Positions 1 to 8,886 of a stretch of 64,000 bases of DNA are shown one piece after another. The stretch lies in the IMG/VR virus record IMGVR_UViG_3300023117_000015; one strand, written 5' to 3'. The DNA is from an uncultured virus (IMG/VR IMGVR_UViG_3300023117_000015) (taxonomy: Duplodnaviria; Heunggongvirae; Uroviricota; Caudoviricetes). Below the pieces are notes generated by a model that ran no database searches, was not told the DNA's origin, and worked only from the letters and a program-made list of their open reading frames with translations. Positions within the stretch are counted from its first letter, which is position 1, and each line of letters begins with the position of its first letter. The position numbers were made by a program, and so were the translations under genes.

Positions 1-2809
1 ATCCCTTGCGAACTGGATTGGCCAATGTTCCAAGATCTCTTGCAAGTGGGAAAGACATTCTAATTCTTCCAACATTAGAAAGAGCTGCGGCCCGTGTCTC
101 GGTTAAAGTAAAATTTATAGGTCCATTATTGCCTGTGTCATCAAAGTCTGTTTCTTCTTCAACTTCTAAAGTTACAGAAAATCTAGCTGCGTCTGGAATG
201 TCCCAAGTATACATTGAATTCATCCATTCGTCGTCGCGGTTTTTACTTTGAGTATACCAAGCAAGAGGACTTACCATTTTTATTGGTGGCGGCGAATTAG
301 GATCTTGAGAATATTCAAAAGTAGGATCAAATTTAAGTCTTAAAACATTTGCCATTGCCAAAGCGTCCTTTTGATAACTGAGGCGAATTTCCCCGTCCAC
401 CCTATTTGAGATTGCATCAATTTCCGTATCCGCGCTGGCTGCCCCATTGTATGCAATTTTTGGAGTATTTGCCAAATTAACATAGTTAGGGTCTGTTGTT
501 CCATCAAGGAACGTTGTTGCTGTATGATTTGTAATTGGCGTGATTGTGTTCAAGGAACCGTTTGCCGCCATAAGATCTTGATTACCATTATAATAATCTA
601 TAAGTTTATTACCAAAAATTGTTCCATCATTGTAAATCCAATAATTTTCTCCGTCTTGATCAGCAGTTCTTGTAGTAATATTTGACGGAGCATTAAACAA
701 TCCCCATGCTCTGTCATCTCCGTTTGATGATAGATACTTCTGATATTTTGTGTTCCTGATCATATATGCCGATGAATCTTCATTATATTCTATTCTCAAT
801 TCAGTACCAACAATATCTATATTCATGTATTTTTGAGTATAAGGACAGTCAGATGATTCTAAAAACGCTTCTAGATCTACCAAAAGAGTACTCGCAGTGC
901 TATATGGTTTTTTCGCTTCAAAAGAATAAGAAATGTCAATTGTATTTTCCCAAGGAGTGTCAGAATCTTCATCAACAAGCCCTGTTAAATTTATAGTAAA
1001 TATGTCACCTTTATTTGCTCCAGTGAATCCACTAACATTGACACTATGAACATAGCCAGGGATAGAATCTGTATAGTGATAATTGTAGAAGTTTAAGTCA
1101 GCATTCGTTACTTGCCAATTATAATAGCCATAGTAATAGCTATAACTTTGTATTGCTCCAATCTGATAATGACAATTTCTTACTGAAACGTCCCTGTTCA
1201 GAAAGAACATATCAGCGGCTTTATCTTTTGTTATATCATTATCCAAGTTTGGCCATCCATTTCCAGATGGGAATTTATCCCAAGGGCCAAAAGTAACCGA
1301 GTACCCATGAGTTCTGAAGGGATCATAGTGGAACGTTGTGTTACTCGCCCCCATCGTCTGTGTGACAAATCCTGTCGGGTGATTAGTTGCTATCGCATTG
1401 GTTGTTCCATCTTCTGGACTTTCTTTGTACCCCCTTGATGAGTTTTGGACGGCTTCCCTGCGCGAGGCGTGATATTTTAAAGATATTGCAGTATCCAAAG
1501 CAGCTGCAGTCGCTGCCGCTAAATCAGTATAAGTATACGCTCGATTCAAAGAGGGACTGCTGCCGCCGAATAAACTTCCCCTTCTTGCCGTTGATGAAGA
1601 TTGTCCCCTACCGTGTTCTATAATAGTATTTACAAAGGAATATGTTAGTCCAGATAAAAGAGTTCTTGCGGTTCTTGTGAAAGTCAGCCCCCAATCAATA
1701 GATTGCGTTGAAGCTTCAAAATTTGTTACTGTTCCTTCTGGTATCCCACCATCTGGACTGAGAGATCTGAAAACACCACTAACTTTACTCAAAACATTAC
1801 TTTTAAGTAGATGATTGTGAACCTCTTGAGCAAAATCTTCTATATCTTCAGCGACAGCTATAAAAGAAACACTTTCGCTTAATGTAGTGTTATCTGACAA
1901 TTTTGTTCCAGTAAATGTTAGAGTATATTGATCGTCAGGCTGTACTCTGTCTGCCCCAGCTGCAAATTCAATATTGAAAACGCCTTGAAATGTTTCATTC
2001 TCTGTTACATCAGCAGGGAAAAACTGTTCACCTTTATATGTCGTTATCCAAAAATGATGAATAATCGCCCCAGAAGGTTTTCTTTCTTCTTTGTAGTGCC
2101 TTAAATTACCTTCTGTATCAATACCAGAAGCTCGATCTGGAAATGCAACTACATTTCTTGCTGGGTTTGTTAGTAATCTTTTAATTTTATTAAATTCATT
2201 TTCATAAACAAGTTGTGACAGTCTAGGCAACCCAATATAACCTTGTTGACTAGTCGCTGTTGTTTGGATTGCAACATTTGGAGGAATTCTCTTTAACCAA
2301 TTTCCATCTGCATCTCTATTATCGGGATGTGGATTCAAATATGAAAATAATTCGGCGTTTGGACCAAGAAATTTTGTCTTTTCCATCGGTGACGCCCATG
2401 CGGTGGAGTTCGACGATTGAGGTAACTGCATAGCTATAAAATCATTCCAAGTAGGACTTGCATAGGTATTGTCTTCTATAACTTTTGGTTTTAACTGGTT
2501 TCCGTCATAGAAATAGTCTGTAATATATGTAACAGGATCACCGGAAGTCCAATCTCCGACGCCAAATGCGCCCTCGTTTGGAGCCGTCGTCGTTGAATCG
2601 TAGTAATATACAATGAAACTGTCAATATATCTGGTAAGAGCATCATCTGATATAGTAATTTTGACCATATCTGGGCCAACATCTTTAAATCCATTAGAAA
2701 GTAAATCTGTCGCCAACCTAGATAATAGGGGGGTTTCTTCCTGTCTTTCGGGATCCCAATCATATGCATCTAAATGTAGAATATCTTGTTGTTCTATTGC
2801 AACGCTCAT
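1..2809 (-). CDS. Large virion structural protein, partial (runs off the window start; absent from the ORF track); probable fourth member of the paralog family at 11008-21290
   Basis: Manual translation from the ATG at 2809 (RBS AGGAG upstream) reads MSVAIEQQDILHLDAYDWDPERQEETPLLSRLATDLLSNGFKDV and is open for 936 codons to position 2. The N-terminal LLSRLATDLL resembles LLYQLAKDLT / VLKQLAMDLT / LLDTLRQDLI of the paralogs. Confidence 0.85.
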   Translation of the reverse strand, partial: MSVAIEQQDILHLDAYDWDPERQEETPLLSRLATDLLSNGFKDVGPDMVKITISDDALTRYIDSFIVYYYDSTTTAPNEGAFGVGDWTSGDPVTYITDYFYDGNQLKPKVIEDNTYASPTWNDFIAMQLPQSSNSTAWASPMEKTKFLGPNAELFSYLNPHPDNRDADGNWLKRIPPNVAIQTTATSQQGYIGLPRLSQLVYENEFNKIKRLLTNPARNVVAFPDRASGIDTEGNLRHYKEERKPSGAIIHHFWITTYKGEQFFPADVTENETFQGVFNIEFAAGADRVQPDDQYTLTFTGTKLSDNTTLSESVSFIAVAEDIEDFAQEVHNHLLKSNVLSKVSGVFRSLSPDGGIPEGTVTNFEASTQSIDWGLTFTRTARTLLSGLTYSFVNTIIEHGRGQSSSTARRGSLFGGSSPSLNRAYTYTDLAAATAAALDTAISLKYHASRREAVQNSSRGYKESPEDGTTNAIATNHPTGFVTQTMGASNTTFHYDPFRTHGYSVTFGPWDKFPSGNGWPNLDNDITKDKAADMFFLNRDVSVRNCHYQIGAIQSYSYYYGYYNWQVTNADLNFYNYHYTDSIPGYVHSVNVSGFTGANKGDIFTINLTGLVDEDSDTPWENTIDISYSFEAKKPYSTASTLLVDLEAFLESSDCPYTQKYMNIDIVGTELRIEYNEDSSAYMIRNTKYQKYLSSNGDDRAWGLFNAPSNITTRTADQDGENYWIYNDGTIFGNKLIDYYNGNQDLMAANGSLNTITPITNHTATTFLDGTTDPNYVNLANTPKIAYNGAASADTEIDAISNRVDGEIRLSYQKDALAMANVLRLKFDPTFEYSQDPNSPPPIKMVSPLAWYTQSKNRDDEWMNSMYTWDIPDAARFSVTLEVEEETDFDDTGNNGPINFTLTETRAAALSNVGRIRMSFPLARDLGTLANPVRKG

Positions 2810-2843
2810 GGCGCAAACTCCTATTTGTTCTATAGTTTCTTAC

Positions 2844-2851
2844 TATTTATA
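2844..2851 (-). promoter_or_regulatory. T4-type late promoter TATAAATA
   Basis: Exact TATAAATA on the minus strand, about 35 nt upstream of the ATG at 2809. Confidence 0.8.
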
Positions 2852-2873
2852 AAAAACAAAAATGTAAAATTAT

Positions 2874-4541
2874 TTAATTTATTTCTAAATTGATATTATC
2901 TATTGTTCCATCTGACATTGTAAAATTTAAATAAGATTCTTGTAAGGTATTTCCTAAAAACAGAGAAACTAATGGTATGTCATCACGTACTCCAGTGTGA
3001 TTAACAAATGGAATAAAATTGTTAAAATCGTCTGCTCCACCAACCGACTGAACAGTTGAAAATGTATATTTATTTGTATTGGTGTCATATACCAAAAATG
3101 TTGTACCCGAAGTAGGAATATCTGATATATTATGCCCAGTGTAACTAAAATTCTGAAGATTGGTATTTATAGTATTAATTGCTGATTGGTTTGTTAGAAT
3201 TGTATTTCTATTTTCGAGGAGGGTAATGTCTAAATCATATTGTGCAACTTCCAAATCATTTAATATTTCAAAGACATCAGCCAATTGAGAACCAATATTT
3301 GTATTTCCGGCAAGAGCATCTTGTATTTCTTTTAGCGTATCAAAATCTAGACTTACATTATCTAAAAGTATATCGAACCTGTCTTTAATTGCCTTTCTAA
3401 AACTTCCTGTAGTTTGATCATCACCATCTACAATTGCCATCTGAGATTGTAATGTATTAATATCAGATTCCATTGTAGTTATATTGGTATTCAATCCAGA
3501 CAGAGCTCCACCAACCAAAGCGTCAAATTCACTTTCTAGAGCATTAAAATCTGCAACATGTGAATTAAAATCATTTACATGATTTGTAAAATCTGTAGAT
3601 ACAAAGTCACCAAGGGCATCCGCAATTTCTTTAAGGGTATCTCTGTCAGAACTGACACCATCTAATAGAATATCAAATCTGTCTTTTATCGCCTTTCTAA
3701 AACTTCCTGTAGTTTGATCATCACCATCTATAGTATCAATGCGACTAGTTTGTGTGGTTAAATCAGTTTCAACTCTTGCAATTTCAGAGGTTAAATCGGT
3801 TTCAACTCTTGTAATTTCGGTGTCTAAAATAATATCTGCGTCAAATAAAGAAGTTGCAGAACCAATATAATTAGAGTTGGTATCTGGAGAATAATTTCCA
3901 TTGATTGGTTGAAGTCCAGAACCTAAAACTATAGTATTTCGAAAAGTTTCAAAATCTGTTCTAAAATTTAAGGTGTCTCCTAAAGAATCTGCGATTTCTT
4001 TTAAAGTATCTAACTCTGGTATAACACCATCCAATAATTCATCAAATCTTTGTTTTATTAAATATCTTATCGAATCTGGAGTATTTTCGTCTGCCTCTAT
4101 TATATCTAATCTTGCTTCAATATCTGCTACATCAATAGTAATTGTACCAGCTTTTGTGGAAGGATCATAAGAAAAGTTGACTCTACCTTCAAATATAAAT
4201 TTTTCCACACCAACTTCGTTTACTATAACACCGTCTACTGAAGTGCCAGTAGTGATCGAAGAACCAATTTGTTGCCACACATTATTGTGAGAATAGTATA
4301 AAAGTCCCGTCTGAGAATCTTTTGCCAATCTTTTGTCTAAAGGACTAGTATCAAAATCAGAAAGAGTGTCAAACTCAGTATACCTGATTAATTGTAAACT
4401 ATCTCTGGCTCCTTGTGCGGTAGAGGCCCCAGTGCCACCTTGTGCAATAGCTACAAAATCTCCGTCAGTAAATTCTGCCAGAATTACTTCGCCGTCACCT
4501 TGTAATATCGCCTTGATAGGTCTTACTGTATCAAATGCCAC
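2874..4541 (-). CDS. Coiled-coil fibre/whisker-like virion protein with three LDTLKEIADAL-type repeats
   Basis: 555 aa, GTG start after AGAGGA. Contains IAQGGTGASTAQGARDSL (common tail-fibre motif), three RFDxLLDxV..(L/R/F)DTLKEI(A/Q)D(S/A)L repeats, and heptad/hendecad segments. Confidence 0.6.
   Translation of the reverse strand: MAFDTVRPIKAILQGDGEVILAEFTDGDFVAIAQGGTGASTAQGARDSLQLIRYTEFDTLSDFDTSPLDKRLAKDSQTGLLYYSHNNVWQQIGSSITTGTSVDGVIVNEVGVEKFIFEGRVNFSYDPSTKAGTITIDVADIEARLDIIEADENTPDSIRYLIKQRFDELLDGVIPELDTLKEIADSLGDTLNFRTDFETFRNTIVLGSGLQPINGNYSPDTNSNYIGSATSLFDADIILDTEITRVETDLTSEIARVETDLTTQTSRIDTIDGDDQTTGSFRKAIKDRFDILLDGVSSDRDTLKEIADALGDFVSTDFTNHVNDFNSHVADFNALESEFDALVGGALSGLNTNITTMESDINTLQSQMAIVDGDDQTTGSFRKAIKDRFDILLDNVSLDFDTLKEIQDALAGNTNIGSQLADVFEILNDLEVAQYDLDITLLENRNTILTNQSAINTINTNLQNFSYTGHNISDIPTSGTTFLVYDTNTNKYTFSTVQSVGGADDFNNFIPFVNHTGVRDDIPLVSLFLGNTLQESYLNFTMSDGTIDNINLEIN
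3391..3730. repeat. 40-nt exact direct repeat, 300 nt apart (3391-3430 and 3691-3730), within an internal duplication
   Basis: gcctttctaaaacttcctgtagtttgatcatcaccatcta occurs twice and encodes DGDDQTTGSFRKA. Confidence 0.9.
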
Positions 4542-4566
4542 CGATTATCCTCTCTTTTATTTGTAT

Positions 4567-5652
4567 TTATGAAACGGCGCCTTCCGAACCTTCACCAATT
4601 TGAACTACACTACCTCCACTGGATTCTAAATTGATATTAGAAATAAGTGAGTTGTTATTGCTTTGTACGCACGGAACAGGCCGTCTTGCAGCGGACCAAC
4701 CAGCCTTTCCGTCTGATGAAGGTCCTCTACTATAATTTCTTATTGTTAAATTATCACTTTGATTCCCGCCGATAATTTCTATTGTGGTATCAGTCTTGTT
4801 TCCTGTCGCAATTCCAACATGTCCCTTTCCAGAATTTTTATAACTTCTCCAAAAAACAATAATGTCACCCCTTTGAATATCATCCCAACCTACTGGAGTG
4901 CCATATCCTTCATAATTTCTTGCCGTGGCGCTTGCCAGATGTTTATGTCCAGATCTTTTTAGTGTTGCACCAACAAAAACTGCACACCAATGATTATAAC
5001 CACCACTTGGTAAAAATGCATATTGTCCTAAACCAACCTCTTTCCATAACGAAATAATATTTTGATTATTACCCTGTTCTGTCCATCTTCTTGTAGTCAT
5101 TGCCTCGTAAGCAACATCAAACGGATTTCTTAATGGCACATCTTCGCAATTTCTAGAAGATAGTTCTTCTACATTCTCATCTTGAATTTCAGCCGTATCC
5201 GGCAATCCTAAACCACCCTCACTGGGCGGTAATTGTGATATATTACCCCCACCAGAACTTTCTGTATTACTAGGTTGTGAATCTGTAAAGTCTGGATGTG
5301 GGATTGGACTAAATTTAATTTCTGGAAACTTTGGTGGTGTATATTTTTCTGTACTATCTCCGGCGTTTACATTTCCACTTCCAGTTCTTATAAAGGAACC
5401 ACAACTAATTGGGTCCATCTCTCGCGCCACACCTTTTTTATTTACAAAAACTGATCCAGACCCTTTGGAAATATTGCCTGCGTGTGGTGGAACATTGGGA
5501 CATGCATGTGGTTTAAAAATGTCAACCTTTTCTCTTAAAGTTGGTTTTCCATTCGTAATTACATTATTACTACCAGCTGGACAAGTTCTTGGGGGAAAAC
5601 AACCATGTCCTGTGCATGGATCTGTATTTTGTCCTCTACTTACATTTGGCAT
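4567..5652 (-). CDS. PAAR (gp5.4-like) spike-tip protein fused to a TIGR02594/CHAP-like peptidoglycan amidase
   Basis: N-terminal PAAR: DPCTGHGCFPP..GSNNVITNGKP..HAC..PH..GSGSVFVNKKGVAREMDPISCGS. C-terminal: HWCAVFVGATL, ARNYEGYG, RGDIIVFWR, GHVGI, GGNQSD. The ATG at 5652 has a GAGGA RBS. Confidence 0.85.
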   Translation of the reverse strand: MPNVSRGQNTDPCTGHGCFPPRTCPAGSNNVITNGKPTLREKVDIFKPHACPNVPPHAGNISKGSGSVFVNKKGVAREMDPISCGSFIRTGSGNVNAGDSTEKYTPPKFPEIKFSPIPHPDFTDSQPSNTESSGGGNISQLPPSEGGLGLPDTAEIQDENVEELSSRNCEDVPLRNPFDVAYEAMTTRRWTEQGNNQNIISLWKEVGLGQYAFLPSGGYNHWCAVFVGATLKRSGHKHLASATARNYEGYGTPVGWDDIQRGDIIVFWRSYKNSGKGHVGIATGNKTDTTIEIIGGNQSDNLTIRNYSRGPSSDGKAGWSAARRPVPCVQSNNNSLISNINLESSGGSVVQIGEGSEGAVS

Positions 5653-8600
5653 AAGCACTATATCCTCTTGTCGTCACCAGTATATCAGTTACTTGTTGAT
5701 AATAGGCACTTTCACTATCGGGTCTTATTGCACAATTAAGTAACAATGGTTCTATATTTTCCAACCTTTCCGCTTCTATGGATGATACTGCAACATTACC
5801 CAAACTCATTTCTAACAATAAAATATCAAATTCTTCTTTAGTCATATTTAGTTGTCCTAAATCATAAAGTTCTTGTAGTTCAACTTTAGAATTTTCCATT
5901 TCTGTTTTGTTTAAATCGTTGTTAAATCTACCATATCCAGCTTCCCTTAATTTTTTAATTTTTTCTGTTCTAGTTAATATCTCGCCTTCCCAATATCCAA
6001 GTTGTGTATCCGGCAAGGTTTGTTCTTCTGGTTTAACTTTATTCGTATGCAACCATAGATCTCTGTCAAAAGAATAATTATTATGAACTTTTAATTCAAA
6101 GTTAATTTCTTTTTTAAGTCCACCAGTCCCATCTTGTTCAAAATTAAATAATAAGTATTGTCTATCATCTTCTATATTTGTTATATATTTTTGTTCTACA
6201 ACGAAATTTGTATCAGTTATGACCAAATATGAATATGCAGCCAATTGATTGATTTGTTCATTTAGACTGTCTATCTGTTCCTGTAATATTTCTATTAAAA
6301 CTTGATCGGTAGTATTATTCAATTCTTGTTGAATTTCATCTCTTTTATTTGTTGCAACAATTTCTGCCTGAATTGCAGTGAGGTCGTATTCCGATGTTTC
6401 AGTATATTGCTCAAAATCAAAGTCAAAATTTCTGTCCACTTCTACCTCAAAAGTCCATACATTTTTTATTACTGGTGATTGATTAGAATTAAAAATAACG
6501 GGAAATAATTCTGGGCCTGTTGGAGAAGAAGAGATTCTCGCCCTAGAAGTGACTCCTGTTGTGCTGTTATGTTGTTCTACTGTGTCGCCAAAAGAAGGTA
6601 AAACTGCGTCATCTGGTTCTACGATTTGTATTATTCCTCTAGATATAGCACTCGCTAATATTTTATATTTAAATGTTCTAGGAGTTTTCATATCAAAATC
6701 TGTCCAATCCAAATCTATTGGTGGATGATGTCCTTCGTCAGTCACCCAATTTTCTGTCGCATACTTATTTAAAAATATATCCATATCACTGATTTGTCCC
6801 GTCAATCTACCATCTGTCGTTAATGTCAAACACTCAAGAAGTCTGTTATCACTTAAAAATTCGTAAGACCAAATATATCTACCAGCCTCTATTCCTTTAC
6901 CATTTTTTGAACCAGTATTCATATTAAAATTAACAAATTCAAATTCATATAGTGGGTCATCTTCTCCTAAAGTAAGAGTTATTTCATATTTTATTTCTGA
7001 TGTACTCATAGTAGAAGTTTTAATGTATTCCATTGGCACGAAATGATGCCCATAATAAAGTTTTGGTAAATTTACTGCTTCGTGACCATAAGCTTCAGAA
7101 CCACCAGACTTTATTCTGCCTATTGATGATTGAATTTTCATTGGTTCAAAATTTGGCAAACTTTTTACATTGTGATAATAGGTTTGTCCTACAAACAAAT
7201 CAAAAACAAAAAATGGAGTTGACTCATATACAACTTGATTACCACTATATTTGCCGGAAGATTTTCCAAAAACTACAAAATCTGAAATTTGTGCAGTTGA
7301 AAATCTCTGTCCAAATTTTGGATATTGCGATTGAACACTTTCGTATTTTGCTTTTTGTATTGGGTATTGAGATTGTATGCCTTCATATGTTGGTTTCTGA
7401 ACTGGATATTGAGATTGTATGCCTTCATATGTTGGTTTCTGAACTGGATATTGAGATTGTATGCCTTCATATGTTGGTTTCTGAACTGGATAATGAGATT
7501 CAATACCTTTCAAAGATGCTCTGAAAACCTCTTCTACCATTTTAAACTTAAATATATTAATGTCAGTGTATTGTGTTGGTAAATTTACATAACTTTCATC
7601 ATTAACAAAATAAGAGTATGGTTGTGTATAAACGGCAGGAACCATATTTTCATTTTGAGTCATATTATCCAAATCTAAGAAGAAAAGTTTGTGTAAGAAT
7701 GTTTTTTCTTCTTCCTCTTTTAGATATGGACTATAATCTACTTCATATTCATTTAGTTTAGAAAATTGTAAATTTTCTTCAAAGGTTTTATCTGTAGGCC
7801 CAACAATATAATCCATTTTTACATGCAGCGGATTAAATCTATGAATTCCACTTATAGGTACAAAAGTTTTGTCTGGTGGGCCAATAACCATTGGTTGTAT
7901 GTAAGTTGTCTTGGTGGATTCTCTTATTTGAATTAAACCACTATCACCTTGTATTATGAGATCTTTCCCAGAATCAAATCCTGAGTCAATTATTTCGTGC
8001 AAGTCTGTTTTTCTCAAATAATCATTATCTGAAGAAATAATTAATAAATCATCTCTTTGTAAGAAACTATCTATTTCTTTTATCAGTGTAGAAGATTCTA
8101 ATACAGTATCTAATGTTCCTTGGAATAATGGTTCACTAGATTTTAAATAATCACTAAATTTGTTTCCAATAGAAAAGAGTTGAGATTCTAAAGTATATTC
8201 TCCACTTTTTTCTATTAAAGACTTTGCTCTTTTTAAAAAATCTTTAGGACTGGTGCTCAATAATACAGATGGAACAATTACATCTTCTATTAATTTTGAA
8301 TTTAATTTTTCATTTATTGTGAATATTGATAAATTTTCTTCAATATAATTGGATGCAGCAACAACAACATCGATAAGGCCATCGGCACCTATAGTTCTTA
8401 ATTTATTTAAGGAATTTATTAATACTTCGGAATCGTTACCATACTTAGTAAGACTTTCGATTATTTGTCTATAATATTGTTTAGCGTCATTATAAGATAA
8501 TGTACCTACATTACTGAAAAACCCCTTGTCTTTTCTGAAAATTTGTTTTTCCAACATAGGCAGGAAAACTTCAAAGAAACTATTATCATCAGAAACTGAA

Positions 8601-8884
8601 TTCAAAGAATTTAATAGTTCAGTTGCTAAATACTCTGTTTGGAATGATTTTCCGATTGATAGTATTTCGTAATCATTACTAACTGTTCCGACAAATGTTG
8701 AATCTTCGGGCGTAGATTGGATAGAATAAATTGACTCAATATAAGTTGAATTAGAAACATTATTTTCAAAAAATTGACTATATATTTGCACATCAACTTC
8801 AGATTTTGATGTATATATTATGTTGTCAAAGAAAATGGTCTTAGCTTTTACTCTAATTCCATTACTGCCTATAATCTGAGTCAT
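5636..8884 (-). CDS. Large virion-associated protein with 14-aa tandem repeats and an Ig-like/gp5.1-like C-terminal region
   Basis: 1082 aa. Contains YEGIQSQYPVQKPT repeats and LTLTTDGRLTGQI (putative Ig-domain motif). Overlaps the PAAR start, so it sits upstream of PAAR as T4 gp5.1 does. Confidence 0.45.
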   Translation of the reverse strand: MTQIIGSNGIRVKAKTIFFDNIIYTSKSEVDVQIYSQFFENNVSNSTYIESIYSIQSTPEDSTFVGTVSNDYEILSIGKSFQTEYLATELLNSLNSVSDDNSFFEVFLPMLEKQIFRKDKGFFSNVGTLSYNDAKQYYRQIIESLTKYGNDSEVLINSLNKLRTIGADGLIDVVVAASNYIEENLSIFTINEKLNSKLIEDVIVPSVLLSTSPKDFLKRAKSLIEKSGEYTLESQLFSIGNKFSDYLKSSEPLFQGTLDTVLESSTLIKEIDSFLQRDDLLIISSDNDYLRKTDLHEIIDSGFDSGKDLIIQGDSGLIQIRESTKTTYIQPMVIGPPDKTFVPISGIHRFNPLHVKMDYIVGPTDKTFEENLQFSKLNEYEVDYSPYLKEEEEKTFLHKLFFLDLDNMTQNENMVPAVYTQPYSYFVNDESYVNLPTQYTDINIFKFKMVEEVFRASLKGIESHYPVQKPTYEGIQSQYPVQKPTYEGIQSQYPVQKPTYEGIQSQYPIQKAKYESVQSQYPKFGQRFSTAQISDFVVFGKSSGKYSGNQVVYESTPFFVFDLFVGQTYYHNVKSLPNFEPMKIQSSIGRIKSGGSEAYGHEAVNLPKLYYGHHFVPMEYIKTSTMSTSEIKYEITLTLGEDDPLYEFEFVNFNMNTGSKNGKGIEAGRYIWSYEFLSDNRLLECLTLTTDGRLTGQISDMDIFLNKYATENWVTDEGHHPPIDLDWTDFDMKTPRTFKYKILASAISRGIIQIVEPDDAVLPSFGDTVEQHNSTTGVTSRARISSSPTGPELFPVIFNSNQSPVIKNVWTFEVEVDRNFDFDFEQYTETSEYDLTAIQAEIVATNKRDEIQQELNNTTDQVLIEILQEQIDSLNEQINQLAAYSYLVITDTNFVVEQKYITNIEDDRQYLLFNFEQDGTGGLKKEINFELKVHNNYSFDRDLWLHTNKVKPEEQTLPDTQLGYWEGEILTRTEKIKKLREAGYGRFNNDLNKTEMENSKVELQELYDLGQLNMTKEEFDILLLEMSLGNVAVSSIEAERLENIEPLLLNCAIRPDSESAYYQQVTDILVTTRGYSAYAKCK
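7323..7512. repeat. Coding 42-nt tandem repeat (3 exact units at 7365-7490 plus degenerate flanking units)
   Basis: tattgagattgtatgccttcatatgttggtttctgaactgga x3. Confidence 0.95.
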
Positions 8885-8886
8885 TT

